Shown here: positions 56,159-64,000 of the stretch, piece after piece
Layout: every line of letters begins with the position of its first letter
Numbering within the stretch: position 1 is the first letter of the stretch
IMG/VR virus record: IMGVR_UViG_3300030376_004189
Coordinates: 13,820 to 77,819 of that record
Length of the DNA: 64,000 nucleotides
Origin: a virus
Lineage: Duplodnaviria > Caudoviricetes
Strand: one strand, 5' to 3'
The notes under the pieces: model-generated
Databases searched by the model: none
Told to the model about the DNA's origin: nothing
Seen by the model: the letters and a program-made list of their open reading frames with translations, nothing else
Position numbers and translations under genes: made by a program

Positions 56159-56590
56159 TTGGACTGGTTTATGTCAACTTTATCTGAAAGAGTTCTCGAT
56201 TGGACACAAACCTATTGTGAATCTTTAACAGAAAACTATAAACAACACAGCATAAGTATGCACCAGAACTTTACATCAGAGTGGTCAAAAGAGCAGTTAG
56301 ATGCTATCAACAATGGCACTGCTAATCTTACTAACTTTGTTATAAAGAATGGTCGCAAGTATTACAAAATTATGCAACGTGAGTTTGATACATTTCAAGA
56401 TCGCAATGAATGGCGAGAAGGAAGTGTTCATGCTTTCGTTAATAAGAATACTGGCGAAGTTTTCAAACCTGCATCATATAATGCACCAGCAAAGCACGTT
56501 AGATATGATTTAAGAGTCATAAATGATCGTGCTAAGTTACATGATCCCAGATATACTGGGTGGTCAGGTGGTTATCTCTATATGAGATAA
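56159..56590 (+). CDS. conserved-type T4-like phage hypothetical protein
   Basis: 143 aa (likely start 56171); GRKYYKI...SVHAFV.K.TGEVFKPAS..APAK motif. Confidence 0.7.
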   Translation: MDWFMSTLSERVLDWTQTYCESLTENYKQHSISMHQNFTSEWSKEQLDAINNGTANLTNFVIKNGRKYYKIMQREFDTFQDRNEWREGSVHAFVNKNTGEVFKPASYNAPAKHVRYDLRVINDRAKLHDPRYTGWSGGYLYMR

Positions 56591-56601
56591 TCCCCTTTTT
56601 T
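56570..56601 (+). terminator. intrinsic terminator-like hairpin
   Basis: GGTTATCTC-TATAT-GAGATAATC stem followed by CCC and T6. Confidence 0.55.
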
Positions 56602-56625
56602 ATTATACACTAATGGAGGTAAGTT

Positions 56626-56793
56626 ATGCTTAAAAATGTTAATCGTTACACAAGAGCAGGTAGATTTGGTAAGCAAATTACTTGCCCTAAGTGTAATCAT
56701 ACAGAGACAGTTTACCACTTTGCGTGGTCTGCTTGTGGATGTTTAGGGTGTAAGGAGTATATTAACAAGCAAGATTTCCTTGTGGAGGTATAA
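56626..56793 (+). CDS. small zinc-finger protein (not in track)
   Basis: 55 aa; ITCPKCNH...ACGCLGCK; GGAGG RBS. Confidence 0.7.
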   Translation: MLKNVNRYTRAGRFGKQITCPKCNHTETVYHFAWSACGCLGCKEYINKQDFLVEV

Positions 56794-56796
56794 ACA

Positions 56797-56940
56797 ATGA
56801 AGTGGGAAGTAAAGTTATACATAGGCGGGACAATCTTTGAAGAGATTGTTATTGCTAGGAACATGACTGATGCTAGAAAAACAGCATTAGCACGTAATCC
56901 TACTGCTAGAGTTATATCTTGCACTGCAACATTTAAGTAA
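56797..56940 (+). CDS. small hypothetical protein (not in track)
   Basis: 47 aa MKWEVKLYIGG...ARKTALARNPTARV; GGAGG RBS. Confidence 0.7.
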   Translation: MKWEVKLYIGGTIFEEIVIARNMTDARKTALARNPTARVISCTATFK

Positions 56941-56944
56941 CAAC

Positions 56945-56975
56945 AAGGGGGGACGGTTAAATTGCCATAATAGTG
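56945..56975 (+). repeat. GGGGGAC-N3-TAAATTGCC element, copy 6
   Basis: AAGGGGGGACGGTTAAATTGCCATAATAGTG, followed by a GGGAA-GCAA-TTCCC hairpin. Confidence 0.85.
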
Positions 56976-57010
56976 AGGGAAGCAATTCCCACAGTTTATT
57001 TTCAGACTAC

Positions 57011-57328
57011 ATGGCAACTCGTAGACGCACTTCAGCAACTAAAACTGCTAAAACTGCAACTGCAAGTATTACCAAAAAAGCAACAACTCCGAGGGCAAAT
57101 GTTAAGAAAGTTACAACAACTGCCCCTAAAAGTGTAAATAAAGTTACACCAACCGAGGCAATTAAAGTGACCGAAGTAACAAATACCCCTAAAGTTGAAG
57201 CAGTAAGTAATACTAAATCACTCCTAAATGACTATCCTCGTGATATCTTTGCTCTATTTCTTCTTCCTCTATTCTTATTAGAAGCAGGAACCAAAGAAAT
57301 ACTTAAGCAAACAGGAGTTCTCGCTTAA
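57011..57328 (+). CDS. Lys/Thr/Ala-rich basic protein with hydrophobic C-terminal segment
   Basis: 105 aa; MATRRRTSATKTAKT...; IFALFLLPLFLL. Confidence 0.6.
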   Translation: MATRRRTSATKTAKTATASITKKATTPRANVKKVTTTAPKSVNKVTPTEAIKVTEVTNTPKVEAVSNTKSLLNDYPRDIFALFLLPLFLLEAGTKEILKQTGVLA

Positions 57329-57338
57329 TTATTACTCT

Positions 57339-57363
57339 GGGGGTCTAATACACCCCCTTTTTT
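57339..57363 (+). terminator. intrinsic terminator
   Basis: GGGGGT-CTAATAC-ACCCCC followed by T6. Confidence 0.7.
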
Positions 57364-57382
57364 ATTACTTTTTTTCGATATT

Positions 57383-58312
57383 ATGACCAAAAATACACAT
57401 TTAGAACACCCAGAAGATGTTATTTTAACAGGAGATCTTTCTGTGTTAAGTTGGTTTAATTCTACAGATGTTTGGAATGGTGCTAACTTATCAGCGAAGA
57501 TTGATGGTGCTCCAGCAATAGTTTGGGGCACTAATCCTGCGACTGGTAATTACTTTGTAGGCACTAAATCTGTCTTCAATAAAAAGTTAATTAAGATCAA
57601 TGAATCCCATGAGGATATTGATAAGAATCACACTGGAAATGTCGCTACTATCTTACATGAATGTTTCGACTATTTACCACAAACTGATGGCATATTTCAA
57701 GGTGATTTTATAGGTTTTGGTGGTGCAGATTGCTACACTCCTAATACTATAACATATTATTTCCCTGAAATAGTAACACATAAGATTATAATTGCACCTC
57801 ATACAGTATACACTGCGGAGGACGATTTACGCAATGCTATTGCACATCCTATGAATGATTTCTATTTCGATAATAGATACAGTCAAGATGTTCTATGGTT
57901 TCAACCTTATTCAACCATACAAGATAGCACAGAAGATATAAAGAATCGTTGCACATTTGCTAGACAAATTGCAACTTTATGTGAGTTCCCTAATGTTAAA
58001 CAAATTGCTACAATTAAGAAGCAATTAAATTCATGTATCAGGAACGATATTGAGTTAGATGATATTACTTTAGAGGCACTTGCTAGTGATAACAAATGTG
58101 ACCTAAATGTCCTACGTTTATGGAAATTAGTAGCATCAATTAAGACTGATTTGTTATTATTAATTAATACAGATCATGACGTAGAATGTTACATTGAAGA
58201 AGAAAGATGTGGGCACGAAGGTTATGTTTTATCGAATGAGTTTGGTACATTTAAGGTGGTTAATCGCTTGGGTTTTAGTAAAGCAAACTTCAACCTATCT
58301 AAAATGAGGTAA
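57383..58312 (+). CDS. hypothetical protein with KxDG nucleotidyltransferase-like motif
   Basis: 309 aa; THLEHPED, SAKIDGAPAIVWG, FQGD, HEGYV, FKVVNR. Confidence 0.6.
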   Translation: MTKNTHLEHPEDVILTGDLSVLSWFNSTDVWNGANLSAKIDGAPAIVWGTNPATGNYFVGTKSVFNKKLIKINESHEDIDKNHTGNVATILHECFDYLPQTDGIFQGDFIGFGGADCYTPNTITYYFPEIVTHKIIIAPHTVYTAEDDLRNAIAHPMNDFYFDNRYSQDVLWFQPYSTIQDSTEDIKNRCTFARQIATLCEFPNVKQIATIKKQLNSCIRNDIELDDITLEALASDNKCDLNVLRLWKLVASIKTDLLLLINTDHDVECYIEEERCGHEGYVLSNEFGTFKVVNRLGFSKANFNLSKMR

Positions 58313-58342
58313 AAGGGGGACGGTTAAATTGCCATAGTAGTG
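58311..58342 (+). repeat. GGGGGAC-N3-TAAATTGCC element, copy 7
   Basis: AAAAGGGGGACGGTTAAATTGCCATAGTAGTG; followed by AGTGAGGG (58339-46)/CCCTCACT (58373-80) stem. Confidence 0.85.
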
Positions 58343-58401
58343 AGGGCATACATCCAACTCTGGTAGTCACTCCCCTCACTTGTATTTTCACTTTTTTGAT
58401 T

Positions 58402-58554
58402 ATGTCATCTATTGCAAATGAAATGCTAATGGAAACATTATTTGAGGAAGCATTAGAGGAGATAGGTATAAACGAAGATTCACCATTTTTTGCTGATGCT
58501 TATAAAATAGCACAGTCAATGGCAATGAACAAGTTTCTATCTAACAACCCTTAA
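58402..58554 (+). CDS. small acidic hypothetical protein (not in track)
   Basis: 50 aa MSSIANEMLMETLFEEALEEIG... Confidence 0.5.
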   Translation: MSSIANEMLMETLFEEALEEIGINEDSPFFADAYKIAQSMAMNKFLSNNP

Positions 58555-58578
58555 TTCACTTCATTAAATCTTTTTATT

Positions 58579-58734
58579 ATGTCAAATTCAACTCTTAAGT
58601 TAACATCAGATCAAACACAATTACTTCAGCAAATGTTTGGAGATCTTGCATCTTTAGACTACGATGATAAGTATAATGATGATTTTGGTTCTGATGTATT
58701 CAATCAGTTATGGGATAAGGTTACTAACTTGTAA
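58579..58734 (+). CDS. small acidic hypothetical protein (not in track)
   Basis: 51 aa MSNSTLKLTSDQTQLLQQMFGDL... Confidence 0.5.
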   Translation: MSNSTLKLTSDQTQLLQQMFGDLASLDYDDKYNDDFGSDVFNQLWDKVTNL

Positions 58735-58749
58735 TTTTATCCCCTTTTT
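58712..58749 (+). terminator. intrinsic terminator-like hairpin
   Basis: 13-bp stem GGGATAAGGTTAC/GTAATTTTATCCC (2 GU pairs), then C and T5. Confidence 0.6.
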
Positions 58750-58772
58750 ATTATACACTTAGTGAGGTAATT

Positions 58773-58967
58773 ATGTCGCAAATTAGAGCATTTAATCAAC
58801 TTGATTTGTTATCAGACTGTTTAGAAGATTTCTGCACTAAACATAACTTAGAGTTAATGAGTGCAGATGATATTTTATACGGTAGTTCTGATAATGAACT
58901 AACAAATTACCAGAAAGATTGGTTGAGAAACTATATCTTAGTCTGGGACACTATTGTAAACTTATGA
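58773..58967 (+). CDS. hypothetical protein
   Basis: 64-aa ORF, GAGG RBS. Confidence 0.6.
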   Translation: MSQIRAFNQLDLLSDCLEDFCTKHNLELMSADDILYGSSDNELTNYQKDWLRNYILVWDTIVNL

Positions 58968-58976
58968 GGACTAATC

Positions 58977-59252
58977 ATGCTTGAAACATTTACAGAATTC
59001 GCTGATTATGTGTGGTCATTTTATGCACCTAACAGCGATCTTTACCCTATTAAAGGTTTAACCGTAACAGACGTATTTCAGGCAATATTTACATATAAGC
59101 AGAGATTGTTAAAGGTAAGTTATAATAATCCTGAATATGTTGCTGCTTATGGTAACAATTATACTTGGGGTTATGGTGATAGTTTAGATCGTGAAAGAGT
59201 AAGAGATATTATACTTGAGCAACCACAATTTTCATGGAGGTCTTATCAATGA
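58977..59252 (+). CDS. hypothetical protein
   Basis: 91 aa; F..FADYVWSFY...YP...DSLDRERVRD motif; GAGG RBS. Confidence 0.65.
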   Translation: MLETFTEFADYVWSFYAPNSDLYPIKGLTVTDVFQAIFTYKQRLLKVSYNNPEYVAAYGNNYTWGYGDSLDRERVRDIILEQPQFSWRSYQ

Positions 59253-59824
59253 AACTAACAAGTAATCCTTGTAAAGTATCAGCGAGTCCTAAAGATTTGA
59301 AGGACTGGATGATAGGAACTGAACCAGATTACTATGAAACAGAAGTAATTAATGGTGAAAAGTGTCATTTTGAGGTTAGATATTATCCTAACACTTCTTT
59401 TCCAGTTAAAACAAGAATATGGGAATTTCAACCACATTATGCGGGATTAAATGATAATCAGAGCAGAAGATTTGCATATAAAATAGGTTGGGATTGGAAT
59501 CAACCACAATCTCAGAAGATTAAGTCAACGCAATTTGAGAGTATAAAAGATAACTTTGCAGCATGGATTGTAGGTGATAGATGTAAAGATCTTTCAAGAT
59601 CTATCAATGCTGCATTATTTGTTTGGGCACGTAATCAGTTAGATAATATGATATTAGGTGACGTATTAGATAGAATTAGTAGTGCAAAAGACGAGTCATT
59701 GTTAATAGATATTATGCGTAAAAGTAATATTGAAGACGAGGTAATAAAGGTCTTTAGTTTTAACAATTTCCCATCATCTTCGTATGGTGATTTACATCCA
59801 ACCCAGTTCTTTACTTACAATTAA
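59234..59824 (+). CDS. hypothetical protein
   Basis: 196-aa ORF (likely start 59249). Confidence 0.6.
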   Translation: MEVLSMKLTSNPCKVSASPKDLKDWMIGTEPDYYETEVINGEKCHFEVRYYPNTSFPVKTRIWEFQPHYAGLNDNQSRRFAYKIGWDWNQPQSQKIKSTQFESIKDNFAAWIVGDRCKDLSRSINAALFVWARNQLDNMILGDVLDRISSAKDESLLIDIMRKSNIEDEVIKVFSFNNFPSSSYGDLHPTQFFTYN

Positions 59825-59826
59825 TC

Positions 59827-60075
59827 ATGCAAACTATTGAAACAGACTTACAATTTTGCCTCGAAACTTTGGGGTTAGATGATAAGCAAACAGACGAAAT
59901 CCTTAACTGTTGTGAGAATTTAGGTGCAATCCCTGTTGAATACTTTTGCGAGGAATTTATCTTTGGAAGTAGAGAAAACTCCGAAGAAATTGACCCTGAA
60001 GAAGTAAATAGACTGCACGATTCTGACTACTTAAGTATTGCCGAATTTAACAATTTACATTGGAGGTCACACTAA
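59827..60075 (+). CDS. acidic hypothetical protein
   Basis: 82-aa ORF. Confidence 0.6.
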   Translation: MQTIETDLQFCLETLGLDDKQTDEILNCCENLGAIPVEYFCEEFIFGSRENSEEIDPEEVNRLHDSDYLSIAEFNNLHWRSH

Positions 60076-60428
60076 TGTCAACGCAATCAGCACGAGAAAA
60101 TGCAACTAATTCAGAGTTAGATGCAAAGAAGATAGTAACACATAGTGGACTAACTTCTGAACAGAAAGATGAACTAATTGAACAGTATGTTAACTTACTA
60201 ATTGATAGTATGAGCATGAAAGATTTGATTTCTTATGTATCAGAAGACTTGACTAATTTCTGTGAGAAACTAACAGATAGTGAGTTAAAAGAGGAGATTA
60301 GTTTAACAATGGATGATGAGATATATGAGGAGTTAGTTGATAACATTACCGATACAGATCCTATTGTTTATGATACAAATAAAGGTAATTCTTTCCTTGA
60401 CATTAACAACACTGGAGGCAAATTCTAA
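60060..60428 (+). CDS. acidic hypothetical protein
   Basis: 122-aa ORF (likely start 60075). Confidence 0.6.
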   Translation: MEVTLMSTQSARENATNSELDAKKIVTHSGLTSEQKDELIEQYVNLLIDSMSMKDLISYVSEDLTNFCEKLTDSELKEEISLTMDDEIYEELVDNITDTDPIVYDTNKGNSFLDINNTGGKF

Positions 60429-60558
60429 TGAGACAACTATCACTAACTCAAGATCAATTCGAGGTCTTATATGATGCCATAGAGGAGGAAATCTACCAAA
60501 TAAGAGATGCTTTAGAGGGCACAGATTTGACCTTAAATGATTACGAACTCTATGCAGT

Positions 60559-60876
60559 ATGGAAAAAACTTCAAAAAATGAGAGGACAATCCTAATGGCA
60601 ACTTATCAACAATGGTCACAAAGTTACTTCACTAACTTAACACCAGACCAGCACAATGCTAATAATAGATGGTTCAAATCTATTAGAGACAAACTAACAG
60701 ATAGTGGCATATTATATGTGCCTATTCTTGATAAAGAATTTAACAAATCTGGAGAGGAAGTTAACACTAACTCCGACAAATCTGAAGATAAATTAGGAAC
60801 ACATAAATTGGAACCTATATCATATTATAATCATAAAGTTGATGTTGATAATATAGTTAAGGAGGCACAAAAATGA
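60559..60876 (+). CDS. hypothetical protein
   Basis: 105-aa ORF (likely start 60595). Confidence 0.55.
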   Translation: MEKTSKNERTILMATYQQWSQSYFTNLTPDQHNANNRWFKSIRDKLTDSGILYVPILDKEFNKSGEEVNTNSDKSEDKLGTHKLEPISYYNHKVDVDNIVKEAQK

Positions 60877-61076
60877 ACTTTACCAAAGACGATTTAGAGG
60901 ACATTCTTTATAGTTTGGAAGGATACATTCAGGGTAATGATGATGAAGAATTATGCGAAAGATTAGAGGACATTTGTTATAGAATAGATAGGAAATTGAC
61001 AGATATGGATGATACTCCATCATCAGATTATGCAGAGAATGTTGATAGATTGGTTGACAATATGCAAACTACATAA
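60873..61076 (+). CDS. acidic hypothetical protein
   Basis: 67 aa; GGAGG RBS, ATGA overlap. Confidence 0.6.
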   Translation: MNFTKDDLEDILYSLEGYIQGNDDEELCERLEDICYRIDRKLTDMDDTPSSDYAENVDRLVDNMQTT

Positions 61077-61108
61077 ATACATTAACTCTATATCTGGGGG
61101 TATTAAGT

Positions 61109-61342
61109 ATGACTAACGCTACGCAGACTACGCCAATTGATTTAAAAGAATACCTAGAATATACATATCCAAAGCTAACAGATAGTGACATAAGTACTAT
61201 CTCTAATGTATTAAGAAACGAATGGGATTACTCCCCCTCATTTATAGAAATAGAAGAGAAAGTTAGAGAAACTGCTACACTTGCAGACATACAATTGTAT
61301 GACGAAGATGAAGGATATATACACGATTCCGAGGGTTGTTAA
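61109..61342 (+). CDS. acidic hypothetical protein
   Basis: 77-aa ORF. Confidence 0.55.
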   Translation: MTNATQTTPIDLKEYLEYTYPKLTDSDISTISNVLRNEWDYSPSFIEIEEKVRETATLADIQLYDEDEGYIHDSEGC

Positions 61343-61668
61343 TAAACTTCCCTTTTAATCGTCTTTCAATTATTATCAATTAATCGCTGCAAATCTCTCA
61401 GTTACGAGGTGCGAAGCGATTTTTTTATGCCCCATAAGTAACAATAACACAAAGGAATACACATAAGTTAGTAATAGTGACACTCTGAAGATTGTCTATT
61501 TCATATATACTCTGTTAGGGTTTTACGAAGTAGTAGTTAATAACTTTAAAGGGATAATAGCAAAGAGATGATAGACACAAGTTGGTCAAGTATCCGAGTA
61601 TTGTTGATAATTATTCTGAGTATTTCATGGTTATGGATATTTAATACGAAAGGAACGGAATAAGATAC

Positions 61669-61700
61669 AAAAGGGGGACGGTTAAATTGCCATTATAGTG
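61669..61700 (+). repeat. GGGGGAC-N3-TAAATTGCC element, copy 8
   Basis: AAAAGGGGGACGGTTAAATTGCCATTATAGTG, 5 nt after the stop of a 31-aa ORF (61568..61663). Confidence 0.85.
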
Positions 61701-61721
61701 TAAGCACTGATTCTTTTCTAA

Positions 61722-62069
61722 ATGAGAAAACTTGAAAGGCAAATGAACTTCGCTATTTCCAACAAAGGAAACTGGTCAGGTTCAAATACTCAAGTTACTT
61801 ATAATGAAAACACAAATTGCAGCAGTGTCTCACTACATGGTCATCACATTGCAACCTTCGACCATAATCTAAAAGCAGTTAAATTGTCTTCTGCTGGTTA
61901 TGAAACAAGAACCACAAAATCAAGACTAAATGCTATTTTAGAGGAGGTAAAATACGGTTGTAAAGTATTTCAGAAAGACTTCAATTGGTTCGTTGGTTAT
62001 CAAGATCAAATTGCAAGTTTCTGGGACGGAATGATACTATTAGATGCAGACTCTCTACAAATTGCATAA
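61722..62069 (+). CDS. conserved-type phage hypothetical protein
   Basis: 115 aa; LHGHHIA...G..T.TTKSRLNAIL...VFQKDFNWF. Confidence 0.7.
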   Translation: MRKLERQMNFAISNKGNWSGSNTQVTYNENTNCSSVSLHGHHIATFDHNLKAVKLSSAGYETRTTKSRLNAILEEVKYGCKVFQKDFNWFVGYQDQIASFWDGMILLDADSLQIA

Positions 62070-62325
62070 CATTGTAAGCAAACTTCAGTTCCTTCATTAT
62101 TACTTTTCTTCTTTATCATGCAAGCACTAACTAACAACGTTTACTCCGAAGTTCAGAAAGAATATTACAACGAAGTGCATCAATCTGACAGCATTTCTGT
62201 TTGGTATTCCCCCGAATATTACGAGTTCGATACAACTATCAGATCTGAAATCTGGTATTAAAAGTATTCTAAAGGGGTCGCAATCGCTTCCCCTATTTTA
62301 TTATCCACCTTACACAATCCTTATT

Positions 62326-62598
62326 ATGGAACTAACATCTAAAGACGGAAATATGGTTGTTGATTTCTATCCTATTAAGGACTTCAGTAATAATCTAATC
62401 AACAATCGTATGTTAAAAGTATTATCCTTTAGAGGAGATATGCAAAAGAAAATGATAATCAGTAAGGACGAATTCTATTATCAAGTAAGAGAGTATATTA
62501 TGAAGTGTAAGTATTCAGTAACTAATGAAGATTACCCACCACAATATATTAACATACTAAAGACACTTGACGAACAAGTTATAACCAAGGAGGTGTAA
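62326..62598 (+). CDS. hypothetical protein
   Basis: 90 aa MELTSKDGNMVVDFYP. Confidence 0.65.
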   Translation: MELTSKDGNMVVDFYPIKDFSNNLINNRMLKVLSFRGDMQKKMIISKDEFYYQVREYIMKCKYSVTNEDYPPQYINILKTLDEQVITKEV

Positions 62599-62600
62599 TC

Positions 62601-62744
62601 ATGAATAATAATGATATTCAAATGCTCAAAGATTGTATCATGTTTGTATTAGATAATGACACAGATTTAGACACGGAAGATGTTAAGAACCTATGGAATC
62701 TTAACACAAAACTATTATTTAAGGAGGACAGTTCCAATGTATAA
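62601..62744 (+). CDS. small hypothetical protein (not in track)
   Basis: 47 aa; AGGAGG RBS. Confidence 0.5.
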   Translation: MNNNDIQMLKDCIMFVLDNDTDLDTEDVKNLWNLNTKLLFKEDSSNV

Positions 62745-62745
62745 G

Positions 62746-62776
62746 AAAGGGGGACACCTAAATTGCCTCTATAGTG
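62746..62776 (+). repeat. GGGGGAC-N3-TAAATTGCC element, copy 9
   Basis: AAAGGGGGACACCTAAATTGCCTCTATAGTG, 1 nt after a stop. Confidence 0.85.
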
Positions 62777-62800
62777 TAAGACATTCCAAGAGTTAATTTC

Positions 62801-63028
62801 ATGTTTAATTCTAACAAATTTGGGAGAATCTTCTGGATTGATAACAACAATGATTTCAGAAGTTGCCCACAATATGTTGACGGAACGGGTGATTTTGACA
62901 ATGCTGATTATGTTTCAGAGTGGGAAGATTGGGAGGGAGTTGATCACAACGAACTTTTCAAGATTCATAGAGCATGTGTAATTAACAAACAAGATTATGC
63001 AAGTTCATTATCACTCAACGATCAGTAA
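62801..63028 (+). CDS. hypothetical protein
   Basis: 75 aa FGRIFWID...SCPQYVDGTGDF. Confidence 0.65.
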   Translation: MFNSNKFGRIFWIDNNNDFRSCPQYVDGTGDFDNADYVSEWEDWEGVDHNELFKIHRACVINKQDYASSLSLNDQ

Positions 63029-63849
63029 TTCACTCAACAAAATAACACTCACAGGGGACAATCACACCCCCTTTTTTATTACCATGAACAAATTACAATG
63101 GACAATGTTAACAATAGGTGGTATAATTGTAGTATTAGGTTATAACTTTGGATTAGCAATTAGAGATAGTAAAGGTATAACAACTGTAGAGAAACCAATA
63201 TATCAATCAATACCTGTAATCCCTTATTCTGAATAACAATGAACCACGACAATGATTACCATGATGATGTTAACTACGGGAACAGATTTCCTGAAGGTTG
63301 GTATTACATAAGTCCAGAAGATTCAAACAATGATAACAATTACTGTGAGGAGGTTAAGTAACAATGAACACAAATGAATTGCAGTCTTATTTTGCACAAA
63401 AAGCAACAGAAGATAGAAACGAAACTCAAGGATTAAGTTCACTGATTAATAAACAAGAACAGAAAGATAAGACCTATTGTTATAAACCTTATAGGACATT
63501 ACACAACTATTAGTATAACAATTATGGCAATGTTTCTAGTCTTCAGTATCATTTTTATCAGTGTATTCTATGCTCTTTACTTATACATTCATTCCTTTAA
63601 TCCTCATACGTAAGTAACATCATGCAATCAATGACTAAGTATGAATGGAATGAAGATTTTTATAGGGAGTTAGTAATAGATTACAACTACAGATTCCCTA
63701 AGTTTATGGAAATCAATTACCCTAATCATACGGAGGAAACTAACAATCAAGATGGACATTAAAGTATTAAAGAAGGTTGCTAATTATGTCTTCTACATTA
63801 TACTCGGAAGACTGCTAATCCTTCTACTGTTTAACACTTAAGAACAGAG

Positions 63850-63993
63850 AGTTTTCCACAGTTTCTATTACTTTCTGTGGAAAACTATTAGAATAAGTGT
63901 TATTTTACCCTTATAAATAGCAAATTAAATGTATATGAGCGTTGTAAAGGTTTTCCACAATTTGTTACTATGAGGGAGGTAATCTGTGGAAAA
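63850..63993. promoter_or_regulatory. cluster of four TTTTCCACA DnaA-box-like 9-mers in two inverted pairs
   Basis: + strand 63852-60 and 63951-59; - strand 63876-84 and 63985-93; the first pair forms a perfect 12-bp inverted repeat. Confidence 0.6.
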
Positions 63994-64000
63994 GGTGTTA

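Noticed and set aside
50042-62776. CRISPR-like array formed by the nine-copy element
   Set aside because: Intervening segments are 1-3.4 kb of protein-coding genes, not 25-45-nt spacers; no cas genes.
478-62872. All minus-strand ORFs and short alternate-frame plus-strand ORFs in the track (e.g. 1122..1463, 19596..20066, 55401..55811, 56712..57038)
   Set aside because: They lie wholly within or opposite long + strand genes, lack RBS or promoter context, and read as codon-bias shadows.
63054-63077. Tenth copy of the GGGGGAC element
   Set aside because: GGGGACA is not followed by TAAATTGCC; it is the left arm of a terminator-like hairpin.
1-64000. tRNA or rRNA genes
   Set aside because: No cloverleaf with T-loop GTTCRA and acceptor stem was found by eye; GGTTCAAATC at ~60671 is inside an ORF and lacks the rest. 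A tRNAscan run would be definitive.

Overview
This is a 64-kb, AT-rich segment of a T4-like marine cyanomyovirus, probably a Prochlorococcus/Synechococcus phage. The assignment rests on pyrE and petF auxiliary genes, T4-type late promoters (Y/ATAAATA) and the structural gene style. All supportable genes lie on the + strand. (1) 1-12.2 kb holds baseplate/fibre structural genes, including a 1973-aa fibre and a VWA/Ig/Gly-rich tip protein. (2) 12.3-45.9 kb is a 34-kb tandem array of about 22 tail-fibre/receptor-binding genes, mostly from five paralogous classes, in the order E A B C A B C D B C E A chaperone A B C B' C D A after two leading genes. B-C genes are always paired, LamG lectin domains plug in at fixed sites, a late-promoter leader is repeated, and exact DNA identity blocks are shared in mosaic fashion. 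(3) 45.9-64 kb is a hypervariable early-type region of small ORFs. It contains pyrE, petF, two DNA methyltransferases, a candidate endonuclease and an SF2 helicase. Nine copies of a GGGGGAC-N3-TAAATTGCC element sit immediately after stop codons, some followed by strongly structured non-coding RNAs. The window ends in four cyanobacterial-type DnaA boxes. No tRNA, CRISPR array, reverse transcriptase or recombinase was seen. Family names come from recognised motifs only; no searches were run.
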